Notes: generated by a model from the letters alone, not told the origin. A stretch of DNA of 64,000 bases from an uncultured Acetobacteraceae bacterium (GCA_964247685.1 CAXTVZ010000001.1:56800-120799), one strand, 5' to 3'; numbered from the stretch's first letter, positions 16,515 through 25,052 are shown. Made by a program: numbers and translations.

Positions 16515-16928
16515 GTGGATCTGCCGCGCGTCATCCAGCACCGGTGGCTGCTCGTCGCAGACGACGGGCTGCCCGCGCGCCGGCAATGCCAGAACTGCTC
16601 GCTGTTCAACCTTGTCGGCTACGACGGGCCGACCGTCGTCTGCAACCCTCGGACCTGGCACGGCCGCAACCCGCCGCCGCTGACGGTCGAAGCCCTGACC
16701 GGGCTTCTCGCACACGGCGAGCCACCCGAAATCCTGCTCGCCACCGACCCGCGCCTGAGCGGGGACGGGCGAGCCGAGAAAACGGCGTTCGCGCGCTGCC
16801 CAGGATGCGACGCGCGCGCCGTCACAATTTTTCGCGGGCGTTTGTTCGCAGAAGCGATTTGCGAAGGATGCCGCACACTTAGGAGAGCAGCAAAACCAGT
16901 CGTGAGGGAGGTCGCCGAATCATGGTGA
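16515..16928 (+). CDS. Cys-rich protein
   Basis: CQNC...C...CPGC...CEGC; GTG start. Confidence 0.5.
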   Translation: MDLPRVIQHRWLLVADDGLPARRQCQNCSLFNLVGYDGPTVVCNPRTWHGRNPPPLTVEALTGLLAHGEPPEILLATDPRLSGDGRAEKTAFARCPGCDARAVTIFRGRLFAEAICEGCRTLRRAAKPVVREVAESW

Positions 16929-17401
16929 AGCCTTTTGCGTTCAGCGTGCTTTTGCTTGCCGCGCTCGCCGGCGGAGCTCGCGCAGCTGCACCGCCATCGC
17001 AGGCGGCTTATGTCCTGCAGAAAGACGGGCGCGGCAACGCCGTGTTCATCTATCCGCGCCTATTCGATTTTCTCGACGAGACTGACACCACGGGCGCACC
17101 GATCGGAACGCCGCATCCGATTTCTCAGCATGAGCCGCTGCCCACGCAAGACATCGGCAACAAGGGCTACAACTTTGCCGGCGTACCCGCGCCGATGACG
17201 CCGGGCACTCTCTACAGCCCGAGCGCCGGCCTGGGCCTAGTCTGCACGCAGGCCGGCAACATTTCGCTGGTGACCGGCGGCTACACCTGGGTGATTCCGA
17301 TAGGCATCACCACCAACGGGCCGATCCTGCTCGGACTGTCGGTGACCGAAATCAATGTCGCCGGCACGACCGCAGCCTGCACTTACCTGGCGCTCAACTG
17401 A
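16922..17401 (+). CDS. secreted protein
   Basis: MVKPFAFSVLLLAALAGGARAAAP signal peptide. Confidence 0.55.
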   Translation: MVKPFAFSVLLLAALAGGARAAAPPSQAAYVLQKDGRGNAVFIYPRLFDFLDETDTTGAPIGTPHPISQHEPLPTQDIGNKGYNFAGVPAPMTPGTLYSPSAGLGLVCTQAGNISLVTGGYTWVIPIGITTNGPILLGLSVTEINVAGTTAACTYLALN

Positions 17402-19899
17402 TGCGCGCCCGTCGGTTGGTCCTGGTCGTCGGCTCCGTAAGCCTGACGGCCGCGAGCACGAGCTTCATACCGCCTCCAAAAGCGGTCACCTCGGTCACTC
17501 AGGATCCGCGCGGCCACACGATGGTCACGTTCGACAACGGAGCGGCCTACGACGCGGGGGTCTTCAACACTCGGGGCAGCGTCAGCTTCACGACACTCGG
17601 CACCACCGGCGTGCAGGCCATGCCGGTGGGCGCAAGCTACGGCCTGCTCAGCGGTTCGGGAACGTTCGCGAGCCTGATCGTCAGGCTGCCGCCAAACCCG
17701 CAAGCGAACGACCTTGTCCGCATCGGCGGCAACGTGACCGTCACCACCCTGACCGTCCAGGACGCCTCCGGCAACGCGGTGGCGGTGGGCTTCATGCCGG
17801 CCTTCACGCAAATGTCTTTCGCCTACCTCTACGGGGCGTGGACGCCGTTGATCCTGCCTGCGGCCGCCTACACCCTCACCACCGCCGCCATCACCTCGGC
17901 TCTGGGTTACACGCCTTACGATGCCGCCAACCCGGCGGGCTACGTCACGCAAAACGCCTTGGCCGGCATGGGCTTCGGATCGGCTGCCTACCAGCCCGCC
18001 GCGGCGTTCGACGCGGCAGGCGCAGCGGCCGCGGAGGCCGCCCGCGCCGAGCAGGTGGAGGAAAACCTCTACCCCGCCAACAACCCGGCCGGCTTCATCA
18101 CGCTCGCGCAGGTGCCGACGTACACCCTACCTGCGGCGGATCCCAACACGCTCGGCGGTGTCAAGATTGGGGCCAACCTCTCGATCAGTAAGGACGGAAC
18201 GATTTCCGTCGCCGCGCCCTACGTGCTGACGAGCGCCGGCATCGCCGCGGCCCTCGGTTACGCCCCTTACAGCGCGGCCAACCCGTCCGGCTTCATCACG
18301 CAGGCCGCCATCGACGCGTTGAAGCTCGGCTCGGCCGCGTCGCAATCCACCACCGCGTTCGACGCTGCGGGCCTTGCGGCGGCCGAGGCCAGCCGAGCAG
18401 AATCCGCCGAGGCGGGTTTCTACCCGGCAAGCAACCCCGCTGGCTTCATCACCGCCTCTCAGGTTCCGGCTTACGTCCTCGCGCCGGCGACGAGCAGCGC
18501 GTTGGGCGGCGTCAGGATCGGCAGCAACATCACGCTGGCCAACGACGGCACCATCTCGGTGGCCGCCCCCTACAACCTGACCAGCGCCGCCATCGCGTCC
18601 GTTCTCGGGTTCACGCCCTACAGCTCGGCCAACCCGGCCGGCTACATCACACAGACTGCCATCACCGCGCTCAACCTGGGGTCGGCCGCCAGCCAGGCGT
18701 CCTCGGCCTTTGACGCTGCCGGCCTGGCGGCCGCAGAGACGGCTCGGGCCGAAACCGTGGAGGCCGCGCTCTACCCGGCCAACAACCCGGCCGGCTACAT
18801 TACCCAGGCGGCCATCACGGCGCTCGGCCTGGGGTCGGCTGCCTACCAGCCGGCGTCTGCGTTCGACGCCGCGGGCCTGGCCTCTGCGGAGGCCACACGC
18901 GCCAAGACGGCCGAAGCCGGACTGTACCCGGCCAGTAACCCCTCGGGGTTCATCACCCAGTCAGCGATCACGGCGCTGAACCTGCAGTCGGCGGCGTCTC
19001 AACCGAGCTCGGCTTTCGACGCGTCCGGGCTGGCGGCAACGGAGGCCGCCAGAGCAAAGGCTGCGGAGGCGAACCTCTACCCTGCCAGCAACCCGTCCGG
19101 GTTCATCACCGCGGCTCAGGTGCCCGCCTACAGTCTAGCGCCGGCCAGCAGCAGCGCGCTCGGCGGCGTGAAGATCGGCGCCAACATCTCGGTCTCGGGC
19201 GGTGTCATCTCGGTGGCGGCGCCGTACAGCCTCACAAGCGCCGCCATCGCTGCCGCGCTCGGCTTCGCGCCGATCGCTGCCAGCGGCGCGCCGGTCCTCT
19301 CGGTGGCGGGGCTGACGGGCGCCATCACCGTGACGCAGCTGCAAAGCGGGCTGGGGCTTGCCTCGGCGGCCTACCAGGCGGCCACCGCCTTCGACGCGGC
19401 AGGGCTTGCCGCCGCCGAAACGGCCCGCGCGAAGACAGCCGAGGCCTTGCTCTACCCGACGACCAACCCCTCGGGCTTCATCACCACCGCGCAGGCGCCC
19501 GTACAGAGCGTTGCCAGCCTAACCGGCACGATCACGCTCGCGGCGCTGCAAAGCGCTCTCGGGCTGCCCTACGTGCTGCCGGTGGCGACGTCGACGACGA
19601 TCGGCGGCGTGACCTCCGGCCTGACGTATTTCAACCGCACGACGACGCCGATTAGCGTGTCCCTAGCGGCAATTTCGCTGGTGCAGGCCGGCTTTCTGCC
19701 ATCCGTCACAGTCACCGTGCCGGGCGTGTCGAAAGGCGACTTCGTGCTGGCGTCCTATGCCGCAACACCGCCGGCCAATCTCACGATCAGCGGCGTACAG
19801 GCAACCGCGGCAAACACCGTCGTGGTGACGCCCGTCGCAACCGCAGCGCTGAACATTGCGACGCAGAACATCTCATTTAACTTCACCTGGATGCACTAG
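17401..19899 (+). CDS. fibre-like repeat protein (tail-fibre / adhesin type)
   Basis: 832 aa, Ala/Gly/Ser/Thr rich; six AFDA(A/S)GLAAAE...YPA(S/N)NP(A/S)GFIT units; TGATG overlap with previous CDS. Confidence 0.7.
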   Translation: MRARRLVLVVGSVSLTAASTSFIPPPKAVTSVTQDPRGHTMVTFDNGAAYDAGVFNTRGSVSFTTLGTTGVQAMPVGASYGLLSGSGTFASLIVRLPPNPQANDLVRIGGNVTVTTLTVQDASGNAVAVGFMPAFTQMSFAYLYGAWTPLILPAAAYTLTTAAITSALGYTPYDAANPAGYVTQNALAGMGFGSAAYQPAAAFDAAGAAAAEAARAEQVEENLYPANNPAGFITLAQVPTYTLPAADPNTLGGVKIGANLSISKDGTISVAAPYVLTSAGIAAALGYAPYSAANPSGFITQAAIDALKLGSAASQSTTAFDAAGLAAAEASRAESAEAGFYPASNPAGFITASQVPAYVLAPATSSALGGVRIGSNITLANDGTISVAAPYNLTSAAIASVLGFTPYSSANPAGYITQTAITALNLGSAASQASSAFDAAGLAAAETARAETVEAALYPANNPAGYITQAAITALGLGSAAYQPASAFDAAGLASAEATRAKTAEAGLYPASNPSGFITQSAITALNLQSAASQPSSAFDASGLAATEAARAKAAEANLYPASNPSGFITAAQVPAYSLAPASSSALGGVKIGANISVSGGVISVAAPYSLTSAAIAAALGFAPIAASGAPVLSVAGLTGAITVTQLQSGLGLASAAYQAATAFDAAGLAAAETARAKTAEALLYPTTNPSGFITTAQAPVQSVASLTGTITLAALQSALGLPYVLPVATSTTIGGVTSGLTYFNRTTTPISVSLAAISLVQAGFLPSVTVTVPGVSKGDFVLASYAATPPANLTISGVQATAANTVVVTPVATAALNIATQNISFNFTWMH
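17890..19560 (+). repeat. in-frame tandem repeats inside fibre gene
   Basis: TTCGACGC(N)GC(N)GG cores near 18007, 18358, 18709, 18862, 19015, 19390: spacings 351, 351, 153, 153, 375 nt, i.e. 51-aa short and 117-aa long units. Confidence 0.7.
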
Positions 19900-19954
19900 G
19901 TTCGCCGAAAGCCGCGAGTCAGGGCGCGCGTTGATCAACCACGAGGATGCCAAG

Positions 19955-20431
19955 ATGCCCGAGTCATACATCAACTTTTACGAGCGCGAGTTTTATCCGC
20001 TGTCGAACTTCTCGGCTTTCAAACTGCGTATGGCCGGCATTACGTTCGACACGGCCGAGGCGGCTTATCACTGGCGCAAGTTTCCCAGCTACCGGGCGAT
20101 TCAGGTCGCGATCATTGGCGCGGACTCCGCGCACGACGCGTTCAAGCTGGCCGAAATGTGGCGCGAGCATCGCCGCGCGGACTGGGATCAGGTCAAAGTC
20201 GAGTTCATGCTGGAGATACTGCGGCTGAAGGTTGAGCAGCACGAATACGTCCGCCGCAAATTGCTGGAAACCGGCGACCTCGAACTGATCGAGTGCTCCT
20301 GGCGCGACGACTTCTGGGGCTGGGGCGCCAAGAAGGACGGCAAGAACATGCTCGGCAAATTGTGGATGCAGGTGCGCGGCGAGCTGCGCGCCGAGCTCGC
20401 GCCGGCGCAGGCCGAGCCGGCCGGCGCGTAG
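19955..20431 (+). CDS. NADAR (YbiA/DUF1768) family protein
   Basis: FYPLSNFSAF, AEAAYHWRKF, DDFWGWG...GKNMLGKLWMQVR; GAGGA upstream. Confidence 0.75.
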   Translation: MPESYINFYEREFYPLSNFSAFKLRMAGITFDTAEAAYHWRKFPSYRAIQVAIIGADSAHDAFKLAEMWREHRRADWDQVKVEFMLEILRLKVEQHEYVRRKLLETGDLELIECSWRDDFWGWGAKKDGKNMLGKLWMQVRGELRAELAPAQAEPAGA

Positions 20432-20441
20432 GACGAGCGAC

Positions 20442-21029
20442 GTGGACGCGGCAACCTTGCCCGAACGCTTGGCGGAGCAAACGCCGAGTTGGACCGTGAC
20501 CGGGCCACCGGTGCGTGGCCGGTCTTGCGGCGCCTGCAAGGCCTGTTGCGTCCTGGTGCCGGTCCATCTCTCGGCGGACGACTACAAGGCGGCCAACGAG
20601 CGCTGCCGGCACGCCTGCTCGAAGGGGTGCGCGGTCTACGCCAAGCGGCCTGAGCCCTGCCAGGTCTGGTCGTGCGCCTGGCTGATCCAGCGGGAAACCG
20701 CTGGCTTGCGACGGCCGGACCTGGCCGGCTACGTCATCGACCCAATGCTTGATCAGGTGCAGGCGGGCGAGGAGATGCTCGACGCCGTGCAGGTTTGGGC
20801 GGACCCGGCCCGCCCGGACGCGCATCGCGACCCGGCGCTGCGCGCTTGGCTGCGGCAGGTCGGCATGCCAGCGATCGTGCGCTACTCCGAGACAGACGCT
20901 TTCGTGCTGGTGCCGCCGCACCGCGCGCGGCAGGAGTGGCTGGAAATCGGCGCGGTGTTGAACACGAGCATCGGGAATTTCGCCAGGCTGACCGAGACGG
21001 AGCGCGCGGCGGCAGCCGGCGTCCTCTGA
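20442..21029 (+). CDS. YkgJ-type CxxCxxCC cysteine-cluster protein
   Basis: CGACKACC followed by CRHAC, CAVY, CQVWSC. Confidence 0.6.
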   Translation: MDAATLPERLAEQTPSWTVTGPPVRGRSCGACKACCVLVPVHLSADDYKAANERCRHACSKGCAVYAKRPEPCQVWSCAWLIQRETAGLRRPDLAGYVIDPMLDQVQAGEEMLDAVQVWADPARPDAHRDPALRAWLRQVGMPAIVRYSETDAFVLVPPHRARQEWLEIGAVLNTSIGNFARLTETERAAAAGVL

Positions 21030-21039
21030 TCCGCAGCGG

Positions 21040-21285
21040 TCAGTCGTCCACTAGCGCGAGCGCTGGCACTGGCGGCCGCGGCTTCGGCGCGGGCTCGACA
21101 GGGCAGGCTCCGGCCGAGGGCCGGCGCGGACGGCCAAACGGTGGCGTGCGCAACGCGGTGGTCTGCGGCGCGGTCAGGGCGCGGCCGGTTCGCACCTCCA
21201 CCCTGACAGCCTTGCCGCGCACGCGCGTTGCATCGTTCTCGTCCGTCATGCCGCGCACCATACAGCGCGCAAAGGCGGTGCGCAT
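21040..21285 (-). CDS. hypothetical protein
   Basis: 81 aa ORF, start uncertain (ATG 21285, 21261 or 21249); faces AT-rich divergent control region. Confidence 0.35.
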   Translation of the reverse strand: MRTAFARCMVRGMTDENDATRVRGKAVRVEVRTGRALTAPQTTALRTPPFGRPRRPSAGACPVEPAPKPRPPVPALALVDD

Positions 21286-21319
21286 CTGCCAAAAAACGTC
21301 AAAACGACGTAGTTTTCGC

Positions 21320-21349
21320 TTGCTCGCCTATGTTATTCTGACGTATTCT
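21320..21349 (+). promoter_or_regulatory. sigma70-like promoter
   Basis: TTGCTC-N18-TATTCT in AT-rich gap; ACGTC-aaaac-GACGT inverted repeat just upstream. Confidence 0.45.
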
Positions 21350-21396
21350 TCTTATGCGCTCGGCGATGGTGTCGAGGGCAGAGGAGGCGAAAGCCC

Positions 21397-21600
21397 ATGA
21401 GCGATCAACCCGACAACCTAGTTCTGGTCCACCTGCGTCGGATCGACGCCAACGTCCAGCGGATCGCTGACGACATGAGCGACATCAAGGTGCGCGTCAC
21501 GAACATGGAGGCCGGCGTTGCCGGTGTGAACCGCCGCCTCGACCGGGTGGAGGCTGACGTCGATACGATCAAACGACGCCTGGATCTGGTCCAGGCATAG
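21397..21600 (+). CDS. coiled-coil protein
   Basis: 67 aa, AGAGGAGG upstream. Confidence 0.55.
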   Translation: MSDQPDNLVLVHLRRIDANVQRIADDMSDIKVRVTNMEAGVAGVNRRLDRVEADVDTIKRRLDLVQA

Positions 21601-21606
21601 GGGCAG

Positions 21607-21631
21607 GGCGGCGGCATCTGCCGCCGCCTTT
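21607..21631 (+). terminator. GC hairpin with short T run
   Basis: GGCGGCGGCA-tc-TGCCGCCGCC then TTT. Confidence 0.45.
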
Positions 21632-21653
21632 CCCGCAACGGGGTAGTGCCAGC

Positions 21654-21875
21654 ATGACGCAGGAAGGACAGCAGTTTCGCGCTCGCATCGTAGCACTCGG
21701 CCTGACACAAAGCGGCCTTGCGCGGCGTATGAAGCAGCTTGGCGACGACCGCGACGAGAAAAACATCCTGCGCTCGATCCAGCGCATGATCGCCGGCGAC
21801 GCTCGCGTGTCCGGCGAGATGCGCGCGCTGCTCGGCCTGATGGAAGAGGCCGACGGCACGCGGCAGGCCGCATGA
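21654..21875 (+). CDS. HTH (XRE-like) DNA-binding protein
   Basis: FRARIVALGLTQSGLARRM helix-turn-helix pattern. Confidence 0.55.
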   Translation: MTQEGQQFRARIVALGLTQSGLARRMKQLGDDRDEKNILRSIQRMIAGDARVSGEMRALLGLMEEADGTRQAA

Positions 21876-22441
21876 GCGGGACAGCACCGCTGCCGCTGTC
21901 GGACCGGGCGGAGATCCTTGCCGACGGCTTGGGCATCGACACCGGCAGCTACGCCGGGCGCGAGGCCGACGCGGTAGTCGCTATGACGCTGGTTGCGGGC
22001 TACCGGCAGATGAGCCCAGCCGACCGCAACCAGGTCCTCTACGTCATCCGGGACGAGATGCGTTTTGGCGCGACCAACCCGGCCTTCTTCTGGCAGTGCC
22101 AGCAGGCGGTCGGGCTTGAGGTCGTCAACCCGGCCTGGGTGCCTGGCAGCCTGGGCGTCGGCGAACTCGAGGACGAGGTGCGGTTCTGGCGAACGGCGGC
22201 GTACTACCTCCGCAAGGCCGGGTTCGCCCCGCTCGGCGACGTCGCACTCAGCCAGGGGCGAAAGATGCTTGAACAGGCCAAGGGCGCCCGCATCGCCGCC
22301 CGCACGCTGGGGCTCGGCGTCTTCGGCAACGGGGCGGCGTCGATCGCCTATCACTCGCTGCAGGACTTGCAGGCCGAGGTGAAACGCCGCGGCCTCGCCG
22401 GCACCATGACGCCGATGCAGGTCCAGGAGTACGGCCAATGA
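21872..22441 (+). CDS. hypothetical protein
   Basis: ATGA overlap; 189 aa. Confidence 0.55.
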   Translation: MSGTAPLPLSDRAEILADGLGIDTGSYAGREADAVVAMTLVAGYRQMSPADRNQVLYVIRDEMRFGATNPAFFWQCQQAVGLEVVNPAWVPGSLGVGELEDEVRFWRTAAYYLRKAGFAPLGDVALSQGRKMLEQAKGARIAARTLGLGVFGNGAASIAYHSLQDLQAEVKRRGLAGTMTPMQVQEYGQ

Positions 22442-22569
22442 TGCGCAAACTGATACCGCTGGTGCTGGGCGTGCTGGTGCTGATCGGTGGCGTGGTGGTC
22501 ATCGTCACGCAGGCCAACAACACGTTCACCGCCGAGCAGGCGCGGCGCGCTAGGCTGAACGCGCCCTGA
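22438..22569 (+). CDS. small membrane peptide (below ORF-track cutoff)
   Basis: 43 aa MMRKLIPLVLGVLVLIGGVVVIVTQ...; ATGA overlap. Confidence 0.5.
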   Translation: MMRKLIPLVLGVLVLIGGVVVIVTQANNTFTAEQARRARLNAP

Positions 22570-22592
22570 CCCCCTCCGCCACGGTCGGCAGA

Positions 22593-22727
22593 TGGGCCGG
22601 GCTCTGGGCGTGCTGGGCGCTGGTCGTCTTGCCGCTCATGCTGCGCGAGCTGGTGCGCGTCAGGCGCCGGCACGCGCGGTGGCGCGCCGACGAGCAAGCC
22701 CGGCGCGCGTGGTCGAACGCGCGCTAA
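22593..22727 (+). CDS. membrane/basic peptide ORF lacking an in-frame canonical start
   Basis: WAGLWACWALVVLPLMLRELVRVRRRHARWRADEQARRAWSNAR with G/C at almost every third position; nearest ATG (22592) is one nt out of frame. Confidence 0.3.
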   Translation, partial: WAGLWACWALVVLPLMLRELVRVRRRHARWRADEQARRAWSNAR

Positions 22728-23293
22728 CCTGGAACCACGTGCGAAGCGCGCTTAAAACCGAAATCGCGCAGCTTGATCTTCGCCATGCGGCCGTCCGGAT
22801 GATGGAACACGATGCCTTCGATGTTCCGCCCGGCTAACCACACACGAAGACCGGCAAACGTCCTGGGCGCGTCATCCAGAGTGTGAGCCAGCGAGTGCCG
22901 GATGAGCAGGTGCTGGCTGGCACCTTCCGGGTTGCCCTGGACCTTCGGCCCGATCAGCTCGTACGTTCCGTCGGGCAGCCGCAGTTCCCGCACCAAAGCT
23001 TGCCTGTGCGCGGCATCTTCCGGGCCGTCTCCTATGGGCAGCCACCCGACGGTCTTACCGGTTTCCGCGTCGGTGCCCTCGCTGATGAACTCGGGCGGCG
23101 TGTGCGCACCCGCCTTCAGCTCCCGACGCTTGAACAGCTTGCCGTCGCGCATCAGGCACGAGGTGCCGTCCAGCTTGCGTGTTGCGACACCCTCGCCGGC
23201 AAACACCCAGGCGCAATCCGCGTGCGGCTGATCGACCACGCGGCTGCGGTCGCCGTTCCAATCGCGTTCAAAGATCGTTGGTATTTTCTTCAA
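22724..23293 (-). CDS. minimal ATP-dependent nucleic-acid ligase-like nucleotidyltransferase
   Basis: ATRKLDGTSCLM (KxDG motif I), YELIGPKVQGNPEG, EGIVFHH, AKIKLRDFG; only 189 aa. Confidence 0.55.
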   Translation of the reverse strand: MKKIPTIFERDWNGDRSRVVDQPHADCAWVFAGEGVATRKLDGTSCLMRDGKLFKRRELKAGAHTPPEFISEGTDAETGKTVGWLPIGDGPEDAAHRQALVRELRLPDGTYELIGPKVQGNPEGASQHLLIRHSLAHTLDDAPRTFAGLRVWLAGRNIEGIVFHHPDGRMAKIKLRDFGFKRASHVVPG

Positions 23294-23311
23294 GGTTCGG
23301 GTGTCCAGGGC

Positions 23312-23500
23312 CTAGTGGGTGGTCTTCGGCGTAAGCCGCTCGAGCTCCTCGACGGCGCATTCCAAAGTGTTGCGGCCGAGCGGCCAGCCTCTTCGGCTGA
23401 CCAGTTTCTGTAGGCGATCCAGCAGCGGTGCCATTTCGCGATACACCGCCGCCTGCTGCCGAATGAGGTTCAAGTCTTCTTCGATGACACGGCACTCCAC
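23312..23500 (-). CDS. hypothetical protein
   Basis: 62 aa ORF in minus block. Confidence 0.5.
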   Translation of the reverse strand: MECRVIEEDLNLIRQQAAVYREMAPLLDRLQKLVSRRGWPLGRNTLECAVEELERLTPKTTH

Positions 23501-23521
23501 AAATAGGCTGAACGCGAAACG

Positions 23522-23713
23522 TCAGCTTTGTTTTGCCGGCGGCGGAGCGCGCAGAAAAGCCGCTTCGCCCTCGGTCAGTTCGTGCGCTTTTTTCGCCATC
23601 ATCAGCCGGCCCTTCTGCACCGCCTGGGCGAACGAGCCCGGGCCATGCGTGGCCTCATGGTTGCTCCGCAGCCTTGCAAGCAGGTCGCCCAAGCCTTGCT
23701 CGATCGGGTCCAT
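23522..23713 (-). CDS. hypothetical protein
   Basis: 63 aa ORF in minus block. Confidence 0.5.
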   Translation of the reverse strand: MDPIEQGLGDLLARLRSNHEATHGPGSFAQAVQKGRLMMAKKAHELTEGEAAFLRAPPPAKQS

Positions 23714-23716
23714 GTC

Positions 23717-24145
23717 TCATGCCTCCGGGTCTGCGCCGGCGTCGCCCCGGATTTCTTGATAGTTTAGCTCGACGCAGCGCCGAGCGTCCTCGGCGGTCGC
23801 CGTGCAGCAGTCGAAGATCCATGCCTCCCCGCTCCATAGGTCAACGTCGCGCCCGTCGCCGTAGGGGTCGACGCGCCAGGCCCTGCCGGCTGGCGGGGGC
23901 GCTGGTGGGGCGGGTAGGGGCGTCCAGTGCGTGTGGTAGCCGGGCCAGCCGCCGACGTAACAGCGTGCTGCAACGCGCGGGCGAACGCTGTCTTGGGTGT
24001 GAACCTCGACCGTGTGCCCCAAGCTGAGCGGCGTGCCGACCCAGGGAGCCTCGGTTATCGGAAACGCCCACCATAGGACGTCGCCCATGTCTTCGGTCCA
24101 CTCGTGCAGCGGGCGCGCGACGACCCGCTCCGGCGTCACTGTCAC
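23717..24145 (-). CDS. hypothetical protein (DUF551-like C-terminal pattern)
   Basis: GTG start overlapping upstream stop; GGWPGYHTHWTPLPAPP. Confidence 0.5.
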   Translation of the reverse strand: MTVTPERVVARPLHEWTEDMGDVLWWAFPITEAPWVGTPLSLGHTVEVHTQDSVRPRVAARCYVGGWPGYHTHWTPLPAPPAPPPAGRAWRVDPYGDGRDVDLWSGEAWIFDCCTATAEDARRCVELNYQEIRGDAGADPEA

Positions 24146-24354
24146 ACCCGCTCCCCGCGTTTCCAGGCCTGTTCCCGGCGCCGATTTTCCTCGCCGCGCA
24201 GTTCATTCTGCCGCTGCCACTCGTCAGGCGTCCATTTCTCACCTTTTGCGGCGCAGGCTGCCATGGTGCGAAACTGAATGATCGCACCGTCCAGGCGCGG
24301 CGGCGGCTCGGGCTTGAACAGCGCGCGCCATAACGCGCGAAGTCTCGGCGTCAT
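24142..24354 (-). CDS. hypothetical protein
   Basis: 70 aa; ATGA overlap. Confidence 0.5.
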   Translation of the reverse strand: MTPRLRALWRALFKPEPPPRLDGAIIQFRTMAACAAKGEKWTPDEWQRQNELRGEENRRREQAWKRGERV

Positions 24355-24572
24355 CGAGCGTTCTCGACAGTCAGCAACGCCAGGTCTCCCGAAACAAGAT
24401 CAAGCTCACGTTGCATCATGTAAATTTCGCTCTGCAATCGCGCTATCCTCTGACGACGCGCTTTGATTCTTCCGATTAGCGATCGACGGCGTTGCGTGAG
24501 CAGACGTTTTCCGACTGCGGCGTCGGCTACCGGCGCGTCAGGCGCGGGCGGTAGAGGGAACCTCTGGCTCAC
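24351..24572 (-). CDS. hypothetical coiled-coil protein
   Basis: GTG 24572 with AAGGA 8 nt upstream; internal start of ORF 24351..24662. Confidence 0.5.
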   Translation of the reverse strand: MSQRFPLPPAPDAPVADAAVGKRLLTQRRRSLIGRIKARRQRIARLQSEIYMMQRELDLVSGDLALLTVENAR

Positions 24573-24625
24573 CGGTTGGATTCCTTCAGAAAGCCGCCTT
24601 TCTTCGCCTACGCAGCGCCGAAAGA

Positions 24626-24638
24626 CAACAAAATGTTT
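24626..24638. promoter_or_regulatory. CAACA-N3-TGTTG palindrome (one mismatch)
   Basis: CAACAaaaTGTTT between divergent starts 24572(-) and 24705(+); TTGACG-N17-CAACTT on plus strand. Confidence 0.5.
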
Positions 24639-24704
24639 GACGCGCAACAGCAAGGAGGGCAACTTGCCGCCGCATACGCTGGTAAAGCGCGAGCAGGAGC
24701 ACGC

Positions 24705-25052
24705 ATGGCTGACGTGGTGATCTCAATGCAGGCGGCGCACGACATCTGGATGGCGCACCGCGAAATCATAGCCGGCGAGAAGCTACTGTTGGACATTCGC
24801 GCGGCGTTGGATCGGCGCGACGACGCGACCCCGCTGGATAGTTTTGGCCGGCGTCGCCCCTACCAGCTTGGCGCACCGTCGGGTGAGAACTCGCACAAAC
24901 TCATGAACGTCAGCCCGCAGCTCGCTGTCTACGTGATCGAAGCGCACATAGCTGCGACACGAAAGGAGCTCGTCGAGGCGAGCCTGCGAGCACGCATGGA
25001 ACTAGACGGCGTGATGCCGCCGGAAGGGGTTGCAGCGGAGAAATCGGCCTAG
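24705..25052 (+). CDS. hypothetical protein
   Basis: AGGAG upstream of ATG; internal start of ORF 24576..25052. Confidence 0.55.
   Translation: MADVVISMQAAHDIWMAHREIIAGEKLLLDIRAALDRRDDATPLDSFGRRRPYQLGAPSGENSHKLMNVSPQLAVYVIEAHIAATRKELVEASLRARMELDGVMPPEGVAAEKSA

Noticed and set aside
17890-19560. Regularly spaced repeats that could superficially suggest a CRISPR array or a DGR variable region
   Set aside because: The repeats are in-frame 153- and 351-nt protein units inside one long ORF with diverged copies. There are no short identical repeats with unique spacers, no cas genes and no reverse transcriptase or template repeat in the window.
22592-22837. 81-aa ORF from ATG 22592
   Set aside because: Its third-position GC is mediocre and it runs antisense into the ligase-like gene. 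The +1 frame (22593-22727) has far better coding statistics.
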